Shown here: one piece after another, positions 58,979-64,000 of the stretch
Layout: the number at the start of each line of letters is the position of its first letter
How positions within the stretch are numbered: the first letter of the stretch is position 1
Source of the DNA: Planctomycetota bacterium
Lineage (GTDB): Bacteria; Planctomycetota; UBA1135; UBA2386
Assembly: GCA_965223545.1 (NCBI GenBank)
Contig: OZ245006.1
Coordinates: forward strand, 4,064,001 to 4,128,000
Direction: 5' to 3'
Length of the DNA stretch: 64,000 nucleotides
Translations under genes and position numbers: made by a program
Notes under the pieces: generated by a model
What the model was told of the DNA's origin: nothing
Seen by the model: the letters and a program-made list of their open reading frames with translations, nothing else
Database searches by the model: none

Positions 58979-59601
58979 CCACGGGATCCAGATCGCGCGT
59001 CCCGACGCGATTCCCGACCGGGTGTCGGGAGTTTCTCCTCGATTTGGCGGCCCACGCGGAGCGGACTGCGGCTCCTTCCCACGCACGGGAGTGTCGGTCC
59101 TGCGCAGCGCGATGGCGCGCTGCGCGGCGCCAGGCCGGCCTGCTGGCAGGCCTCGCGCGTTCGAGCCCGCCCGCTGACGATGCCGACGTGATCGCTGGGA
59201 TCTTCGCCCGCGTGCACGCGAGCAGTCCGCTCGCCGGACCCCTGGCGAAGGCCCTCGAGGTCGAACCCGCCCCGCGGGACGTGGCCTGGTGGGAGATCGA
59301 GCCGCGTGCCGAGACCGCGGCGGCCATGCGCGGCCTGCGCCGGTTGCGCGCGCCCGCGTGGATGCGGCACCGCGTCCGGGCGGCGGTCCGACCCGCAGCC
59401 CGCGCCGAGGGCGCCCCGACGCCTTGGGCGTGGCGGCGGGCCGGCGTCGCCGCGGCCGCCCTGGTGGCGGTCTGGCTGGTTGTGGAATTCGCCGGGACAA
59501 ACGGAGGAACATCCGCCCCAACAGAAATCGTCTGGAACGTAAGGCCTGTCCCTGCAGACAGTTCGTTCTCTCTCCATGGATTGATGGAGCTGAGCCGATA
59601 G
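58975..59601 (+). CDS. Anti-sigma factor with zinc-binding HxxxCxxC motif and one TM
   Basis: C...HARECRSC; TM AGVAAAALVAVWLVV; ATGA-coupled to the sigma gene. Confidence 0.8.
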   Translation: MTTGSRSRVPTRFPTGCREFLLDLAAHAERTAAPSHARECRSCAARWRAARRQAGLLAGLARSSPPADDADVIAGIFARVHASSPLAGPLAKALEVEPAPRDVAWWEIEPRAETAAAMRGLRRLRAPAWMRHRVRAAVRPAARAEGAPTPWAWRRAGVAAAALVAVWLVVEFAGTNGGTSAPTEIVWNVRPVPADSSFSLHGLMELSR

Positions 59602-59656
59602 GCTCGGTACCACCGGCCGCTTGGCGGCCCCGCCCGTCTCACTCGTCGTTTTCGCC

Positions 59657-60814
59657 ATGCACTCCCGATCCCCGACCCGACCTGGTCCAGCGCCCCGCCG
59701 CGGGCGCGGGATCCGGTGTGGCTTGGGCTTGGTGGTGGCCGGGGTCGTCGCCGGGGTCGGCCCGCACGCGGCGCAACGGCCCCTGGCCGGTGCCGATCGC
59801 GTGGGGGCGAGCGCCTCCGCCCAGGCGGATGGCCTTCGCGAGGCGCCGTTCGCGTGGCCGTGGGAGATTTCGTTCCAGCACATCCACGACGCCATGGAGC
59901 TGCGCCCGTACCGCGTCGAGCAGGTGCGGCGGATTCGCGATCGCAGCGATGGCAAGCCGTCCGAGCGCTGGCTCGAGGTGGTCGAGCGGCTGGAGCACGG
60001 CGTGCCGGCCGAACCCGGCGCGGACGCCCCGTACTCGCTGGCGTTCGTCGACCTCCTCGGTGATGGCTATGCGGCCGGTGAGCGCGCCCTGGCGGCGCGC
60101 GAGCACGGCAAGCAGGAGAGCCTGCTGTACAACTTCCAGAGCTTCCGCGTGTTCGACGCGGCCGCGGCCGCCGCCAACTACTCGATCGAGTTCGCCGGTC
60201 TTTCGGTGCGCATCGAGCGACCGGTGTATCGCGTGGTGGTCTCGCCGACGGACCGGCTGCGGCACCGCTGGCTGCTCGAGCTCGACGTCGCCACCGGCTA
60301 CCCGCTGTACCGCGGTGAGTACGATGCCGATGACGTGCTGGTCGCCGAGGTCACTGCGCGAGAGTTCGCGCCCGGTGCCGACGACAACGCACCGCTGGCG
60401 GCGCGGCCGAGTCTGTGGCAGCGCCAGGCCGACGGCGCCAGCGCGCTGCAGGCCATCGGCGCCGACGCATCGAGCGCGCTTTCGCCGAGTGAGCTGCCGA
60501 CCGGCTACGCGGAGGAATCGGGTTGGTTGGTGATCGACCCGCTGAGCGGCGCGCGGCGCGCGATGATCCTCTACACCGACGGCATCGATCTGCTGTTCCT
60601 CTCGGTGGCGCCCGGCGAGCGGCCGTGGGGCGATCTCGAGGGGCACGTCGTGGGCTTGCACTACGACGCGGCGGGCATCCTGCAGGCGACGATGCACGAT
60701 GCGGGTTTCGGCTACCTGGTGATGCAGCGCGGCTCGGAAGCGATCCTGCGAGGCGTGATGAACGCGTTCTACGCGCGCATCGTCAGCGAGCGTCGTCGCC
60801 GCGACGGGCGATGA
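59657..60814 (+). CDS. MucB/RseB-like periplasmic regulator
   Basis: YRVVVSP..RLRH...LDVATGYPL (LolA-like N part) and LPTGY...LYTDGIDLLFL (RseB C-terminal pattern); third gene of the ECF operon. Confidence 0.65.
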   Translation: MHSRSPTRPGPAPRRGRGIRCGLGLVVAGVVAGVGPHAAQRPLAGADRVGASASAQADGLREAPFAWPWEISFQHIHDAMELRPYRVEQVRRIRDRSDGKPSERWLEVVERLEHGVPAEPGADAPYSLAFVDLLGDGYAAGERALAAREHGKQESLLYNFQSFRVFDAAAAAANYSIEFAGLSVRIERPVYRVVVSPTDRLRHRWLLELDVATGYPLYRGEYDADDVLVAEVTAREFAPGADDNAPLAARPSLWQRQADGASALQAIGADASSALSPSELPTGYAEESGWLVIDPLSGARRAMILYTDGIDLLFLSVAPGERPWGDLEGHVVGLHYDAAGILQATMHDAGFGYLVMQRGSEAILRGVMNAFYARIVSERRRRDGR

Positions 60815-61625
60815 ACATCGCCCAGTCGGCGCCGCAAACGTCGTCGGCAACGAGCTGTCGGTCGGCGCGGAACAGCGCGCCGAGCACGCGGTTGTGCTGC
60901 CAGTTCGCCGGCAGGTAGGCGTGCTCCTGCCCGGCGAGGACCGGCGTCAGCAGGGGGCCGCCCGCCTCGGCGTAGGTCAGCAGCTCGAAGCCGGCCTCCG
61001 AACAGCGCGCCAGCAGTTGGTCTGATTGCGGGGCGGGCGTCGCGCGGCGCAGCTCTGCGTCGACGTCTTCGAGGGTGGCGTGGTGCGGCTTGAGCGAAGT
61101 TGGGACGAACGCGGCCAAGAACCTCTGCGCGGCGTCGCGCTGTCTGCGCGGCCACTCGAAGCCCGCCGGGCCGACGTATTCCTGCGCGAGCACGACCGCG
61201 CCGGCCGCCAACCGGGCGCGCAGCCGTGACCACAACCGGGCCAGGTCGCCGCTGCGGTGCACCGAGTGCATGGTCACCGCGGCCGCGAAGGCCGGCCCAT
61301 CGGTCGGCGGCTCCTCGAGCTGCCCGTCCCGCACGTCGACGTGACTCAGCCCGTGCTCGGCGGCGAGCGCCCTGGTCTGGGCGGCCAGGCCGGCCTCGGG
61401 TTCGACGACCACGAAGTGATGCTCGGGGCGCCGCCGGGCGAGGGCAATGAGCCGGTGGGGATGGGTCGCGCCGAGACACAGCACGCGCGCGCCCGCCGGG
61501 GTCCGGCCCTGCAGCTCGGATGCCGCCGCCTCGCCGTGATCGGCGGGTTGGCCGAACGCGCACATCGACGCGTACCAGTGCAGCACGGGGTGGTCGAACA
61601 GTCTCGAGTGCGCTTGGGACAACAT
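60783..61625 (-). CDS. SAM methyltransferase-fold protein with degenerate motif I
   Basis: RVLCLGATH, VVVEPE, SVHR, RLAAGAVVLAQEYVGP. Confidence 0.65.
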   Translation of the reverse strand: MLSQAHSRLFDHPVLHWYASMCAFGQPADHGEAAASELQGRTPAGARVLCLGATHPHRLIALARRRPEHHFVVVEPEAGLAAQTRALAAEHGLSHVDVRDGQLEEPPTDGPAFAAAVTMHSVHRSGDLARLWSRLRARLAAGAVVLAQEYVGPAGFEWPRRQRDAAQRFLAAFVPTSLKPHHATLEDVDAELRRATPAPQSDQLLARCSEAGFELLTYAEAGGPLLTPVLAGQEHAYLPANWQHNRVLGALFRADRQLVADDVCGADWAMFIARRGDDAR

Positions 61626-61634
61626 CGCCGCGGA

Positions 61635-61694
61635 GTGTTGCGCTCACACAACACGCCCTAGCAGATTCGACGGGATGTCGATCTGCGGCAACAT
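61635..61694. promoter_or_regulatory. Two palindromes, candidate enhancer (UAS) sites
   Basis: GTGTTG-N8-CAACAC (61635-61654) and ATGTCG-N8-CAACAT (61675-61694). Confidence 0.55.
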
Positions 61695-61801
61695 CTAAAC
61701 GGCTGGCCGGCGGGATCCGGGGCCAGCCGCTGCATGCACGCACGCCCGACTGGCACGCTGCCATCGGCAGTTGCGGAGTTTTCGTCGGGATTTGGTGCAA
61801 T

Positions 61802-61817
61802 CGGCACGTGGCGTGCG
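61802..61817 (+). promoter_or_regulatory. Candidate sigma54 -24/-12 promoter
   Basis: CGGCACGTGGCGTGCG has GG-N10-GC with a GGCACG core, 40 nt upstream of ATG 61857. Confidence 0.55.
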
Positions 61818-61856
61818 ACCCGTCCTGGCGTTCGCCGCTCCCGCAGAAAGAACCGC

Positions 61857-62285
61857 ATGGACACTCACCACCACAACGCGCACGACGACGACTCCAAAAG
61901 CTTGAGCTCTGCCGAGTATCGCGCCAGGCTGCTCACCAAGCTGAACTGTCTGATCGCAGTGCTCGAGGTGGCGATTGCCAAGATCTCCCGCAGCATGGAT
62001 CTTCCCGGTGCCAACGAAGAGCGCTTGCTCAAGATTCAGAGCAATCTGAAGAACACTCTGAGCATCTGCAATCGCGCCAAGCAGACGCTGGAGAACTCGA
62101 TGGACGACGAGGCTCCCGCAGCCCGGCTTCCCGCGCCGGCTCGCCGCAGGATGACCTATCGCGACTACGTCGAGCTCAGCAGCATCGACGAATACAACAA
62201 GTTCAAGAAGCTGCCGCCGATTTCGACAGCTGACATCGGTAGTACCGATCTCGACGAGCTGATCTCCCGCCTGGCCGGCGGTTGA
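61857..62285 (+). CDS. Hypothetical helical protein with His/Asp-rich N-terminus
   Basis: MDTHHHNAHDDD; two-helix hairpin; host-like codon usage; followed by a terminator. Confidence 0.75.
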   Translation: MDTHHHNAHDDDSKSLSSAEYRARLLTKLNCLIAVLEVAIAKISRSMDLPGANEERLLKIQSNLKNTLSICNRAKQTLENSMDDEAPAARLPAPARRRMTYRDYVELSSIDEYNKFKKLPPISTADIGSTDLDELISRLAGG

Positions 62286-62326
62286 GTCGCTCCGTCGACC
62301 TGACGCATTTCTGTCTCCCGCAGTTG

Positions 62327-62365
62327 GAAGAGCGGTCGGCTTGGTCCGGCCGCTCTTCTTTTTTT
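62327..62365 (+). terminator. Rho-independent terminator
   Basis: GAAGAGCGGTCGG-CTTGGT-CCGGCCGCTCTTC 13-bp stem followed by T7. Confidence 0.88.
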
Positions 62366-62435
62366 GGCTGGCCCACCCGCGGAGGGCCACAAGTCCTTGA
62401 CTTGCGCCGGTTCGGATGCCGATCCACCCGAGTGG

Positions 62436-63803
62436 ATGACTGCGGTACTGGACAAGAGTCGGACTCAGCTGGCGACGGTGCTGGTCGTCGACGACGACCC
62501 CTGGGTCCACCGGTTCTTCGAAGAGAAGCTCGGCGACGCGCAGTACGAGGTGCACGAGGCGACTTCGGTCGCCGGTGCCCTCGAAGCCGCGACGGACAAC
62601 GAGTTCGACATCATTCTCTTGGACGTCGGCTTGCCCGATCAGTCCGGGCTCGAGGCTCTGCGCCGCTTGAAAGCGCGTGGACTGTCGGCGGGTGTGGTGA
62701 TGATGTCGGGGGATGGCCAAGCCCAGCTCATCGTCGAGGCGATGCGGTTGGGGGCGCTGGACTTCCTCACCAAACCGCTGGACCCTGAAAAGGTGCTGGC
62801 CACGGTGGGATTGGCGGCGCGCGCCGGCCGACTCGAGCGCGAGAACCGGCGGCTGACCAACAAGCTGCGGGAGCTGTCCGCCGGCACCGAGATGGTCGGC
62901 TGCAGCCCGGCCGCCCGCCGGTTGGCGACGGTGATCCGCCGCGTGGCGGAGAGCGACGCGACCGTGCTGATCGAGGGCAAGCCCGGCTCCGGCAAGACCA
63001 CCGCGGCAGAGCTGGTGCACCACAGCGGTCGGCGTTCCTCGCGGCCGTTGATCAGCGTCACCGCGGACACCACCACTGCCGAAGCGCTCGAGCAGCAGCT
63101 CGACGACGCCAATCGCAGCACGCTGGTGCTGGAAGACATCGACCTGATGCCGGCGGCGGCGCAGTCGCGCCTCGTGCGCTACCTGAAAGAGCGTTCCAAC
63201 CGCAACGTCGCGGCCGATCGGCCGGACGTCCGGATCATCGCGACCACGTCGGCGCGCCTGCCGGAGCAGGTCGCGCGCGGCAAGTTCCGCGAGGACCTCT
63301 ACTACCGCCTCAACGTGTTCCCGGTGGTGGTGCCTTCGCTGCAGGAGCGCAAGGACGACATCGCCCTCCTGGCGACGCACTTCCTGCGCATCGCCGCCGA
63401 AGCAGACGGCCAGACGCACAAGGGCTTCACCGCCTCGGCGATGATCCTGCTCGAGAGCCACCCGTGGCCGGGCAACGTCGCGCAGCTGCAGAACGCGGTC
63501 GTGCGGGCGCACGCTCTCGCCGCTGGCAAGCCGCTGGACTCGACCCACTTGCTCGGACCATCGACCGGCATCACCGTCGATGACGTGCAGACGACGGTCG
63601 CGCCGCTGCGCCCGCGCGAGGACGACGAAGAGGAGGAGGTCCGCGAAGAGGACATCCTGCCGCTCGACGCCGAGGAGAAGCGGCTGTTGGCGCGCGCGCT
63701 GCGCGCCACCAAGGGCAACGTGCGCCGCGCGGCGCAGCTGCTGCGGATCGGCCGCGCGACTCTGTATCGCAAGATCCAGATCTACAAGCTGCGGCTGCAC
63801 TGA
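62436..63803 (+). CDS. NtrC-family response regulator (REC-AAA+-Fis HTH) lacking GAFTGA
   Basis: VLVVDDD/LLDVGLP/FLTKP receiver; GKPGSGKT; FREDLYYRLNV; WPGNV; AAQLLRIGRATLYRK. Confidence 0.92.
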   Translation: MTAVLDKSRTQLATVLVVDDDPWVHRFFEEKLGDAQYEVHEATSVAGALEAATDNEFDIILLDVGLPDQSGLEALRRLKARGLSAGVVMMSGDGQAQLIVEAMRLGALDFLTKPLDPEKVLATVGLAARAGRLERENRRLTNKLRELSAGTEMVGCSPAARRLATVIRRVAESDATVLIEGKPGSGKTTAAELVHHSGRRSSRPLISVTADTTTAEALEQQLDDANRSTLVLEDIDLMPAAAQSRLVRYLKERSNRNVAADRPDVRIIATTSARLPEQVARGKFREDLYYRLNVFPVVVPSLQERKDDIALLATHFLRIAAEADGQTHKGFTASAMILLESHPWPGNVAQLQNAVVRAHALAAGKPLDSTHLLGPSTGITVDDVQTTVAPLRPREDDEEEEVREEDILPLDAEEKRLLARALRATKGNVRRAAQLLRIGRATLYRKIQIYKLRLH

Positions 63804-63851
63804 CGCAGGCTGGTGGGTCGCGAAGCGCGCGGCTGGCTTCGAGCGCTGACG

Positions 63852-64000
63852 TCAGGCAAGATCGGCCATCAAGCTGTGCAGCGACTCCGGGGTTTCGTAG
63901 TGCCGCGCCAACAGAGCCGGCGCCAAGAACTCGAGGCTCTCGCGCAAGCGGCCCTCACCCACGGCCGCGCGCCAAGCAGCCAAGCGCTCCGTCGTTGCGC
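63852..64000 (-). CDS. 3' end of a hypothetical gene (truncated by window edge)
   Basis: Open minus-strand frame ...ATTERLAAWRAAVGEGRLRESLEFLAPALLARHYETPESLHSLMADLA ending at a stop at 63852. Confidence 0.5.
   Translation of the reverse strand, partial: ATTERLAAWRAAVGEGRLRESLEFLAPALLARHYETPESLHSLMADLA

Noticed and set aside
61751..61766. TGGCACG as an alternative sigma54 promoter
   Set aside because: No GC at the required GG-N10 position; the site at 61802 fits better.

Overview
A GC-rich, gene-dense chromosomal segment whose gene content looks Planctomycetota-like (inference). I saw no integrase, transposase, prophage or CRISPR array. In order, it holds: the end of an A2-type cytochrome c oxidase operon; a SNF2 helicase-SWIM-NhaD trio; parA-parB with a parS palindrome embedded in parB; several envelope proteins; an XRE regulator divergent from a peptidase/DUF374/Bor-like/dapF/lemA/M48 run; and a two-gene lower-GC islet. 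Next is a ~19 kb, 11-gene, translationally coupled envelope operon (beta-propeller/TPR, prenyltransferase-barrel, BatA-VWA, VWA-GATase, DUF4175-like, coiled-coil, TPR, NPCBM, three HtrA-like genes). The rest is a nitroreductase, a Btu/Fec-type ABC importer, a DEDDh exonuclease, lexA, a CDGSH protein, an M61 peptidase, tRNA-Arg(CCG), an ECF sigma/anti-sigma/RseB-like operon and an NtrC-like regulator. Best leads: (1) the large operon ends in one intact HtrA plus two pseudo-proteases carrying the same Asp->Gly and Ser->Tyr changes; (2) an unannotated 57-aa membrane protein sits between a dyad-covered sigma70 promoter and lexA; (3) a sigma54 promoter with paired UAS-like palindromes lies next to a GAFTGA-less enhancer-binding protein; (4) an ATGCA-N4-TGCAT palindrome occurs in two distant intergenic regions; (5) several other apparent pseudoenzymes. 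All family calls come from motif recognition by eye, not database searches.
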